Under the pieces are notes generated by a model that was not told the origin of the DNA, ran no database searches, and saw nothing but the letters and a program-made list of their open reading frames with translations. A program made the position numbers and the translations under genes. Below, one piece after another: positions 37,101 through 47,020 of a stretch of DNA of 47,020 bases (its first letter is position 1; the number at the start of each line of letters is the position of its first letter). The stretch is from Paraglomus brasilianum (lineage: Eukaryota): contig CAJVPI010000167.1 of NCBI GenBank assembly GCA_910592345.1, positions 1 to 47,020 on the forward strand, written 5' to 3'.

Positions 37101-37319
37101 TACTGTGTTTAGATTGGCTGCACTCTCGCCTGCTTGTTTGGATGTGGATTGTATTATGTTTGGGACTGCATCGTCGCTCGCTTTGTCTGCTTGTACAAGT
37201 GCTTCTATTTCTTGGTTAAGCTTATCTAAAGCCTGAGTACAAACAACTTGTAACTCTTTTTGTTTATGTGAATGTGCCTCTATTAGTAGTCTCTCTAAGG
37301 CACCTTTCAAGATGCTCAT
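31131..37319 (-). CDS. SEC7: Large ARF guanine-nucleotide exchange factor (Sec7/BIG family), single exon, 2062 aa
   Basis: Sec7 catalytic motif FRLPGESQKIDRIMEKFA and AYSIIMLNTDQH; HUS box YLNYDCD; DCB motif ALDALQKIIAHG; HDS motifs YSLQRIVEIAYYNMSRIRFEW and DSLRQLSMKFLE. Confidence 0.95.
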   Translation of the reverse strand: MSILKGALERLLIEAHSHKQKELQVVCTQALDKLNQEIEALVQADKASDDAVPNIIQSTSKQAGESAANLNTVNGDVDKSETEARNASPTQPAKEADDISIASTRNSISGVSIIGRPGEDLPKIPMDNYWKPFRIACDSSIPAPIRVIALDALQKIIAHGLLKGSTIITPPKNAHFRRERTGDLGKLPNFSESNDLSHLDSNSLFDGDTTTPEGVAPANYSNYPNPARLIDDIVHTICIGFNGQQTDQTVTLQILKVLLTFVTSDTCQVHGISLLKVIQTCCNIYCFTKNAILQATAKAELTQMANLIVTRCEEYAVQLENYETSKRAMKNNNESNGEEISKPNSVEVENATSKQETPQAYTVAESDSKPVESNKNEDAINHKEEVSNGSVVEWADAIESPTGNVVDSSIKEKRVSIEADEAPEPEQANEPSISQSGSSGVSVTSPNVDQEEPTESTEINIDDSELANLPENKGSNFTVDEMPAEPLTTPETAPDQASAPNQNAILEDDQPNTKVLPIEAKLLQRNRPRKSSLSPKVDLKIIVPPLTATVRRKPAQDKPSHPTRGRFNTLRKDLYLVFRFFCRLSMRTDTGGNIQIEEISIRGRALVLELILSILDNSGPVLQTEDAYISLIRQALCVSLSQNGVSSNEQLFELSLSIFLMLFRLYRAPLKKELEVLFAEIYLRFLDMSNATYKQKQMVLQGLMKICSNPQSLVDVYLNYDCDLSMTSVFEKTVNTLSRVAQGRSKNVSGSAMGSIIGAHASGLLLDNKADLIALQEKKLKVRGLKCLVTIVRSLVEWCKDLDSKETGISQSEKAKPPETTEDKTTIIFSKHPLLNISMKEFSTAHGNNSSTSIGLSDSEDHPAQYQEIMTRKQTLQAGIRLFNSKPLKGIEFFINNDFLKNDTQSIVSFLTSTPGLSKAAIGEYLGESDPEAIKIMYAFVDSLDFKSLQFVDALRTFLQTFRLPGESQKIDRIMEKFADRYCENNPDVFANADTAYILAYSIIMLNTDQHSIQVKRRMEKSEFIKNNRGINDNNDLPDRYLGAIFDDISVNEIVMEEEQISEVAKTAINIANERERQQMYDKEISQMQKKSQALLSSSRQDQKTSIWRSATHSDHVKPMFVIACWPLMATLSVVFEESENISTAASKGNEFAQANSEAIELCLDGFMGAIRISSVFRMDVERDAFVSSLAKLTGLNHVDEMRSKNVAAIRTLLSAANAYGEGLQTSWLIVLKTISAMERYQLINSSGSVVYSAEDASGLDYSPQNNRNSLNQSTTGVVNNHSSTSAAVRNLTRRGSLGGLMREFQSQSTIIAIDRIFTNSIKLSSDAIVHFVNALCTVSLEEVDISRTVPRMYSLQRIVEIAYYNMSRIRFEWTQIWKILQPHFNTVGCHPNNIVATFAIDSLRQLSMKFLERDELSHYNTQSEFMKPFEHIIRNNSSPAIRELIIHSLIQMISARAKNIKSGWKSIFIVFGRAAGDENPQLVDNAFGTVRLVYQKHLDLIGLSFGEFVNCLVEFAFNAKVEEIINESIRMMQGCVKLLVKDIEEGDKKNQNISPTFAPTSPTTSPVTKKRLQHIEEEQFFFKWFPIVSGLSRLVIDHDSQVVRTKALEALFDILRNTGYLFETSYWSKILKNVIIPVFEDIKEPAQLQLPTTGDFQRREATTEIWIQTIRLMVDLYTRFHDLFKDNSEYLLELLELFVALLKRKNEKLGQTGIRCFHNLIARNGSRFDSSTWGAVTDTLEKIFIATTPKELLEVEIAGVNENTDVKHAGHVIVGASNPVPDDITDTGAGVGENSRRNQHNPPATPGKVDVDFPNAIIKCAAQLIIIQSVKDLALTHTVASLSKDEVHYLAQMPAEYRNRWLRCLYNSYQFAHDFNANHELRHALFKSGYVQQMPNLTKQETLSLSVFLSILYDLYRTLGDNDPDLLPPLIEESTKVFERFIALLSADTMQNQQRDINNWSPLVITVFRELCATPWEESRGVVRDEFGEIQERSGEDEDMEKFEEARRRATRWIGLRKHVPEFYRLSLKMIGVDRADVREYMQEFLEKIGNEFLNPDRWDV

Positions 37320-38927
37320 AGTTGTCTAAAACGAGTGTCACACAGGTTCTTGTAATTATTTAATTATCTATTTATCCAGCACGTGTATCACTGCAAGTCA
37401 CAATTTTTCATTCCCTTTTCTGACAAGCGTTTACTCGTACAACCACTTTTCATTGTACACGCCACATACTAATACTGTACTTATAAAACATTTTACTAAA
37501 ACAAATCATAACCTATGCTCCCCAAATCAACCACTACTCGTTTGCCGAGAAGCCATTTGGACGGGCTTCTTGTAGTTGGGGGGAGGTATAAACCCTAAGT
37601 AGTATAATAATAAATGAGATATCATAATAAAGAGGGACTGTTTTATGTCTATCAAAACATCTGCAATAATATCCCCTTGACTCGTGTACAATACATAGAA
37701 GCGGGGAGTCTTTTGTGCGGTGCTTGTACGTAAAGTTGGGCTTCTTTTAATAATGGCACGTCGTGAGACTCAATCGTGGACTCGCCAGAAGCTTTGTCGT
37801 ATCGTGGAGGATAGCCAAGGCTTGCCAAAAGACTGAACGTCAACTATCTGTTTGAGTATCACTTTTGTATTCATCCACGGCTAATGATGTTCACCTCTTG
37901 TACGTTTGTCAATAGAGAGTATTCTATCATTGAGACGCAGGAATAAATTGCAAATATAATATGCGTTTTGTAATGTTACGTCCAAAAAATGTTTGTGTGT
38001 GTTTATAATATGTGCGCGCTTTGAAAAGGAGAGCGTTTGTAGTATAAAGCGATCCGGCGTAGATGGCTACATACATATAAGTACGCGTGTCGCAATCAGT
38101 TTGTGAAATTTTTAAATACACTTTGTATAGTGTACTATCATAATTGTTTCCGAAAAGAGAACAAGTCTGGTTAACATTATCGTCACTCCCACGAGACTAA
38201 CCTTTTCATGTCCGATTATGACTTTAATCAATACATCCTCTTTTTAAAGCAAGGGCAAAGGAAAACGTATGCATGCCTTTTTACCTGACAATCTTATTCT
38301 GATATAAAGTCCTATTCATTTTAAACGTAATCAGATACAAAATACTACGTCTCCATGATAAATTGAGACTTACTTTAACACAAATCCAGAGCTATACTCG
38401 GAGACAATAAAAGAGGTGCAAAGTAGTTTGAAGTATCTATCCAACACAAGATGTCAAATAAGTAGAGCAGCTACTATTGAGTTTGGATAAATAGTCAATT
38501 AAAAGGAAAAGAATTTGCCAATTGTATGAAATATGATGCAATTGTGATGGAATTACGCCGCAACATCGGGCCTGTCATCAGGAAAAGAATCTGACAAGGG
38601 TCGGCTACGAGTCTGCCATTAGGAATGTCCCACGAATGTCAGATGCGAACATTTCGAATTTGAAACAAGTCGCGAATCTTAATTAATAAGCATACCTATC
38701 GATAGGATAGAAGAAACAGCGAAAACACTACGACGGACGGAGACTTTATTAATTAGTACCAAGAATCGATAACCTAATTTCACTTATGGAAGTCGGAATG
38801 CAACATATACTAACAAATTACAGATTTTCTTAATACTGTATTAGAGTAAAAAATTTTGGGCCAATTTATTGTAACCTAAATATCGTCAGCAAGAACGTAT
38901 TAATCCTATTAACTATTAAGAGGCTAT

Positions 38928-39043
38928 GGAGGCAATCATTTCATCGACAATCATTTCACCAACGTTATTTCGAAGTTATCCTTTTTTGTAGTTAATTGTC
39001 GGTGAAACGTACTGTCGGTGAAATGAAATAATATGGTTACGCC
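38928..39043. repeat. Tiny degenerate foldback/MITE-like element
   Basis: Two catttcaYcRac motifs (38937-38963) face two inverted tgtcggtgaaa motifs (38997-39023). Confidence 0.5.
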
Positions 39044-39629
39044 ATAATAGTAATCTAATCTCCATCACATTTCCAACATGCAACACATAATTTAAATCCT
39101 GCTTTTTTTTGAACGCTGACAAGAATTTTTTAATCGTCTACTACCAAGTATTGTCGATGCGTTAACGTCTGTAGTTGAGGAGACAAAGGTTCATGTTTGG
39201 CAGGTCGATGAACACTTGCGGCTTTTGATGATAATCTCGAAATATTCCTGTTATAGCATGCACATAAATCAAAAATTTAATAGACTGTACCACAACTTTC
39301 CTTATATAGATAAGCATAAAAAAATGCGAGTGTTCGATTTTTATGAATGCCGTTAGTATTGTTGTATAAATAACACAATTCATCGTTATTCGTCAGAACA
39401 TCTCTGCATCTCGCCCATACCAGTATTAGTATCATCATTATAATCCGTAATCTGTCAAGCTCGCCCCATAGAATTACGATTTAAATTTCCAGCATTACAT
39501 AGCCCCAATGTTGCAGATTTCCAAATCTGGCATTTGACCCCCGCTATGGTTTCATCAAGTAGCATCGCGTTCCACCCCAAAATTTTTTCTCTCAATTTCC
39601 TATAGACAGACGGGGAGAAAAAAGCCGTC

Positions 39630-41462
<1,833 letters not shown>

Positions 41463-41747
41463 AGAGATTGTTCTATTTCCTTGTATTAACATGACGTAAA
41501 TAAATCCGTTACCAAAATTAATTTTGGAATTTTTTAAAATTAATTAAAATCTTAAAAGCAATTATCCGTATTGTACGAAACCCTCTCTTGGTTATAATGA
41601 ATGGCATAATATACATACAATATTACTGTTGATGAGCGATGACTTTGCTTCACATTCGGTTAACAATATTACATATCTATGCCAAAATATTGCCTGCATA
41701 TATTCAAATACCTCTTTGACATCTGGTTGGCTTATTTTTGTACAATG

Positions 41748-42328
41748 TTCCTGGACATCCTTGTGATGGGATAGTTAGATTTAATCTTTGAATCACTTGC
41801 ACGTTCCATTCAGAATGCTATCACTTGTTGTCAAGAAAACAATATAAATATAAGGTTTCTAACTGATTTATAACGATCGGGAATATTTATTCGATGTATC
41901 TGCATGCTAAAAAAGGCAACACGAACTGACACTATAAAATTGATTTATTATTATTGGCTGAATAGCATATAGATGTTGCACAAGGCATTATACGTGGTCG
42001 GCATTTATACGACATATCTATCAACAAATATTAGAGAAAAATATAAACTATAACACAAACTAATCAATGGTGGTAATTCACCAGGACATGGCGACTTAGG
42101 AGACGAAAGTTTATCCACATTTATAGTGTATCCTGCACTGAAGTTGTATAGTTTGTTGGTTCGTGTTGTCTTTTTCGGTGCATCAAAAAAAAGTACTCCG
42201 ACCCTTATAAATCAGGTTTGCATTACTATCACAGCTTATATTATTTTAAAGTGATCAGCATTCTGAATGGAACGTGCACGGGATTTGTTTTTCAGCGATA
42301 TTTAACTATAACCCAAAGATGTTTAGAA
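41748..42328. mobile_element. Old non-autonomous TIR element (~580 bp)
   Basis: tgcacgttccattcagaatgctatcactt (~41798-41826) is inverted at ~42249-42279 (aagtgatcagcattctgaatggaacgtgca), with weaker matches extending outward. Confidence 0.65.
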
Positions 42329-42796
42329 TTTTCGATACTATAGATAGCGCGGGTCAATTATCAGAACAGACTGTTCATGTCTCGAGTTTTCTAACTCTGT
42401 TCTCCAATAAAAACCAACTAATTTATTGTTAACTGACCATGATAATTCAATGATTAATGATATACGAATTAATGCACAACGAAATGTCGAACTTTGGGGT
42501 TTATTCGAACGAAAGGATAATAAATGCATGTCGTTCTAAAAGTCTCCTAAAGCGATTATCGTGAAGAAGGAGCTTATCGTTTATAAAAACAGCGATATGG
42601 AAGCTGGTTCTATTGTTAGATTTCCGCTACGATAAAGAAAGCTTTAATTAAATAAAGGTTTATAACACGTACGTGTATTTATATTAGCTCGATGGAACAA
42701 TTACCGTTCGTTGAGAAAGATCATGTTTGAATATTAAAGCAAAAGCGAGTACGTTCGCTAAGAACAAGAGTTAAAGATGTTGCGCTATTATTATTA

Positions 42797-42905
42797 TTGT
42801 ATCAAAACGGGCCGAGTCTTTCTGTCGGCTCGTAACAATGGTTTCACTGTGTGTTCCTTCGTGGCGAACATTCTTAACCAATATGAAGGCTACGTGCCGA
42901 TGGTT
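42797..42905 (+). repeat. Dispersed repeat fragment; direct copy at ~45268-45387
   Basis: ttgtatcaaa..cgagtcttt..gtcggctcgtaaca..gtttca..ttcgtggcgaa..ttcttaaccaat..aaggcta..gatggt is shared by both copies. Confidence 0.85.
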
Positions 42906-43196
42906 GGATAAAATATACCAGTCGATTTAGTGGTTACTTATCACACATCGAAGAAGTAACTCAACCTCTGAGTATGGATAACATTCCGTCTAAGTAATAA
43001 CCCACGTTATTCGACAGTTGCCTCCCTCGATTAATAGTTGAGAGCGTTCATAATTATTAGAATTCACTGAACCGGAGATTAACACTAATACTTTACAGGT
43101 TATTATTGATAATTATTACTAACTGTTAATCTCTTGTTATTTATAATAAGTTAGAAAGCTCTTAATATTAGTGCATATAATTAATTTATCAGCCAC

Positions 43197-44147
43197 TCAA
43201 AGTTTTTCTTTTTGTTTTTTCCTTTCGCTTGAATACACTTTGTTTAATTCTTGAACTTTTCTTTTTAACTTAGATTTATCATCATATTGTAAAATATAAA
43301 TCTTGTTTTGGGCCTTAATATATCCTTGTTCAGCTGCCTTTTGATATAGCTCAATTGCCTTGCATTCATTTTCTTCTACTCCAATTCCATTTTCATAACA
43401 GTAACCAAGATTATATTGTCCATATGCATGTCCCTGTTCAGCTACTTTTTGGAACAATTCAATAGCTTTTTGAACATTTTCTTCTACTCCAATTCCATTT
43501 TTGTAACATATACCAAGATGAGTTTGTGCAAAGACATTTCCTTGACTGGCTGCTTTTTGATACAGTTCAATTGCTTTTTTAAGATCTTTGTTCACTCCAT
43601 ACCCCTTCTCATAATGCTGACCAAGGTTATATTGTCCATAGGAATCTCCATTCTCAGCAGCTTTATGAAATAATTCAAAAGCTTTTTGATAACTTATTTT
43701 TGATCTAAGACTGTTTTGATAGTAACTACCAAGATTATTTTGTGCACCAGTATCTCCTTGTTCAGCTGCTTTTTGATACCACTCAGCTGCTTTTTGTTCA
43801 TCCTTTTCTACTCCAGTTCCAAGGCGATAACAATTACCAAGATTAAACTGTGCATCAGCATCTCCTTGTTTAACTGCTTTTTGATACCATTCAACTGCCT
43901 TTTGTTCATCCTTTTCTACTCCAGCTCCATTCTCATAACACCACCCAAGATTAGTTTGTGCTCTAGAATCTCCTTGTTCAGCTACTTTTTGATACCATCC
44001 AACTGCCTTTTGTTCATCCTTTTCTACTCCAGTTCCAAGACGATAATAATTACCAAGATTAAATTGTGCATTGGCATGTCCTTGTTCAACTGCTTCTACA
44101 TGTCTTTTTATTCTGTCTGATTCACTCTCAGAGATAGTAGAGGTCAT
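43197..44147 (-). CDS. Sel1-repeat-only protein, about 7 Sel1 repeats, single exon, 316 aa
   Basis: 36-aa periodic AQxNLGxxYxxGxGVEKDxxKAVxWYQKAAEQG units; no kinase, signal peptide or TM segment is visible. Confidence 0.92.
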   Translation of the reverse strand: MTSTISESESDRIKRHVEAVEQGHANAQFNLGNYYRLGTGVEKDEQKAVGWYQKVAEQGDSRAQTNLGWCYENGAGVEKDEQKAVEWYQKAVKQGDADAQFNLGNCYRLGTGVEKDEQKAAEWYQKAAEQGDTGAQNNLGSYYQNSLRSKISYQKAFELFHKAAENGDSYGQYNLGQHYEKGYGVNKDLKKAIELYQKAASQGNVFAQTHLGICYKNGIGVEENVQKAIELFQKVAEQGHAYGQYNLGYCYENGIGVEENECKAIELYQKAAEQGYIKAQNKIYILQYDDKSKLKRKVQELNKVYSSERKKQKEKL

Positions 44148-45054
44148 TTGTTTCTTTGCTAGCTACTAGACTATTTGCCATTACGGCGAGTGCTACTATC
44201 TGATGTTCAGATCGGTAAGTCACATGATAAAATCTATCTGATCGATTAGTTACACCGCACCTTACTGCGTCTTTTCTTAGTCCTAATTAGATGCTGCCCC
44301 AAAAACGAGCAAGATGGAAATGCGCAGAGAATTATCTCCACGAAAAAGATGTAAATACGGGTCGAATTCCATCGTTCGAATTAATCTCAATTGATATTTG
44401 TTAGATAGTTGGTATTAAAAAGCTTTTTGAAATCAATTCACTTTCGTTTTCTAAAAGTGTCTAGCGTTGATACAATACGGACTATCGACTAGAACGGAAA
44501 CGTTCAGATATTGGTACGCAATTATGCAAATAGCGGAAAGCGCCAATCTATCGACATAACCTAGGTTCATACCTTCTTATTGTAAAATGATTAAGTTAAA
44601 TCATAGGGATATCGACTAGTCAAAATACTAAATCCTGCCCTGAAACAAATTGTTGTTGTTTGATAAGCGTTGGTGTATATGAGTAGAAATACATTGTATA
44701 GGGAGTGGTTAAGCGCGAATAAAATTTAATAGGTCATTCGGAGCATAGTTCAGTCTTAATTGGTACAGCTACCGAAGTAAGGACGGTAATAAGCTTGGTA
44801 ACCTACGCAAATAATATACCAACCGTAACTGTGCCTCAACAGTATTTAAGCAATTGATTGAATGCTGATCAGATTGATGCAAAAGTGAGACTTAACTACT
44901 ACATTATTTAATAAGAAAAATATACATTCAAAAGTTATTAGTCTTTGGGTGGTATTCATAGTGCTCTGCATATTCTTCATTTTTCTCTATTATTAATTAG
45001 CAACATTCCAATTTCTATCAGTCTCTTTTTGAGAAATTGCAGTCTTTGTGATTA

Positions 45055-45387
45055 TAGCAACAAATACTGTAAGAAGTGCCTTAGTTTGTCTTGATAGCGG
45101 CATCTTTGCTTTCTTTTTTTCTTGAGATATTCTCCGGTATTTATTCTGGGACACGGAAACCTCAGTTATCAAGTTGCTTTCTTCTAATGATGAAAGATAA
45201 TTCCATAGAAAAAATTTATGATACACTCGAGACGTAGTGATGTCAAAACTGCTGGTTGCTTTATTACTTGTATCAAACACGGAGCGAGTCTTTCCGTCGG
45301 CTCGTAACATAGTAGTTTCATTATGTGTTTCTTCGTGGCGAAATTTAATAACTTTCTTAACCAATGTAAGGCTAAGTGACGATGGTA
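45055..45387. repeat. Longer copy of a dispersed repeat family whose parts match 26930-27040 (inverted) and 42797-42905 (direct)
   Basis: Direct sequence matches to both other loci. Confidence 0.8.
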
Positions 45388-46208
45388 TCAAGTGGAAGAG
45401 AGATAATATTTAATACGGTTAATACAATCACACAGGCCCATAATGAAGCGATGATGAGAAGAATCCCATGTTTAGCCCATCGCGTTTACAACAAAGTCGG
45501 AAAAGTGGTGGGTTACGTGAATTTTTGTGACATGATATTATGCGACATTTTAACGCACCCTTGACCGCTATCATAATAAAAGAATAAAATGTAATTTTGC
45601 CATATAATGGACTAAAATTTTTTAATAATAAAATGTCTATGGTTACTATTACTTCGCGAGTGCAAGGATATTTTTGCAGATAATGGAAAAGTACCATATC
45701 TGTGACAATTGTATCAACTTTTAAACACATATAGGTTCTAAAACACCAATTAATATTTATAATAAAAAAAAAAATAGAACAAATAAAAACGAGACAGCCG
45801 ATTATCCAAACTATTATGACATGGTTACCCTCTTGTTATTTTAATCTTCACTGAGAATAAGAAAGGAATATTATTTTATCTAAACATCAGCGCAGTAAAA
45901 TTTATGCTAGGCACCGGATGGAGAATCTTAATAACGCATTAAGTAACTTTCTTAAGGCGTTGGGAGTGGAGCTTTTTTTGACTCAGTTGCTAATCTCCCG
46001 ATTTATACTATAAAGTTTGAAATTGCTTAATATTAATCTTGGGAAAGTTCTCTTGCTAAAAATCGAAATTTTATAAAATCTGTATGGGCGTAAGTGGGAT
46101 GTAGATATGTATGAAAGTGAGAATCTCGTAGTCAGCGATATACAGTATATGGGCCCTGATCTTAATCTATCTAAACGATATGGTTACACAATATATATAT
46201 ATATATAT

Positions 46209-47020
46209 GTTCTGGCCCAAATCGGAATTTGGCCCATTCTAGAATGGGCTAACTGCGGCTCGGCCCATTTTAAGATTCTGACTTGGGCTGGCCCATGTTG
46301 AGATGTTGTACGATGTGATAAAATATGCTACTAGATGTTGTACAAAGTGATATGATAAATATGCGTATCGATCTTATTTATAATAATTATATCGTTTTTC
46401 ATCAACCATTATACAAACTTCTAATATAAAGTCGTACACATCGAGTTGATGATGCAAGGCGAGATCATACTATTCTTCGTGAATTGGCTATCCAACAGGT
46501 TCAACGAGATGAGAATCTTAACATCGTGCATAAAGGAATAAAAAACAACAATTAGTATTTGGCATTGGAGAGAGTGTACGAATCCTGATCTCTAGAATAG
46601 ACCGAAAATCACTCCCATGTAGTTCTGGAAGGGGGCTTCTACCGTCTTGGGTGTGCTCATGGAGTGTTAAACAGCTGCTATCAACCGTGCAATATGGAGA
46701 GTAACAGTGGTAACTTGACGATATACCAAACAACAGAATATCACTGACAGAAACAGCAAAGTTTAGCAGTAATACAGGGTTCAGTTTGTCATTGTAATCT
46801 AACTGCAATACTAATAGTTGTTTATGTAAGAGGTCAGGTATTGGGGGTGGTTCGAGATGTCATCCTTCATGTTAATAGAGAGCAAACGACGTAATATAAT
46901 AATAAATATAAATAAGATCGATACGCATATTTATCATATCACATTGTACAACATCTAGTAGCATATTTTATCACATCGTACAACATCTCAACATGGGCCA
47001 GCCCAAGTCAGAATCTTAAA
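46209..47020. mobile_element. Young foldback/long-TIR non-autonomous element next to a (TA)n tract; right end extends past the window
   Basis: 46269-~46382 is a near-perfect reverse complement of ~46907-47020 (tttaagattctgacttgggctggcccatgttgagatgttgtacgatgtgata...). The TIR contains internal repeats (agatgttgtac x2, ggccca x4). (TA)n lies at 46191-46208. Confidence 0.85.

Noticed and set aside
37548..37575. Hairpin agaagcc...ggcttct as a Helitron 3' end or terminator
   Set aside because: It is a single short stem, not followed by a proper CTRR end, with no matching 5' end found.
43416..44120. Hydrophobic repetitive plus-strand ORFs
   Set aside because: These are antisense shadows of the Sel1 repeats. 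The same applies to 256..474 and to the short ORFs opposite SEC7, velvet and the kinase exons.
43197..44147. Recent horizontal transfer from a bacterial endosymbiont
   Set aside because: Sel1 repeats are natively expanded in this fungal group, the units match the remnant in the host fusion gene, and there are no bacterial neighbours.
44993..45391. 132-aa protein-coding gene
   Set aside because: It is composed of dispersed repeat sequence, has a non-ATG start and shows no recognisable domain.

Overview
Intron-rich eukaryotic nuclear DNA from a fungus, most likely an arbuscular mycorrhizal (Glomeromycota-type) species. This assignment is inferred from short GT-AG introns, a velvet gene, and the Sel1/kinase/MACPF-like content. 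The window has two compartments. (1) An accessory, repeat-littered block (1 to ~18.6 kb) holds a candidate regulated-cell-death locus. An 8-exon gene (5816-9617, minus, ~1090 aa after hand splicing) fuses a MACPF/perforin-like domain, an eroded Sel1 repeat, an MLKL-like four-helix bundle, an MLKL-type pseudokinase and Sel1 repeats. A recent tandem paralog runs off the left edge, and a ubiquitin-like + MACPF-like gene (10907-13371) sits head-to-head with it. (2) A housekeeping block (~19-41.5 kb) contains a velvet regulator, a small basic protein, TAF2, mitochondrial bL28m, YTM1, an intronless SEC7-type ARF-GEF and ATP2. It is followed by a second repeat-rich tail with a Sel1-only gene and a long-TIR element. 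Gene models were spliced by eye and domain calls come from motif recognition; no searches were run.
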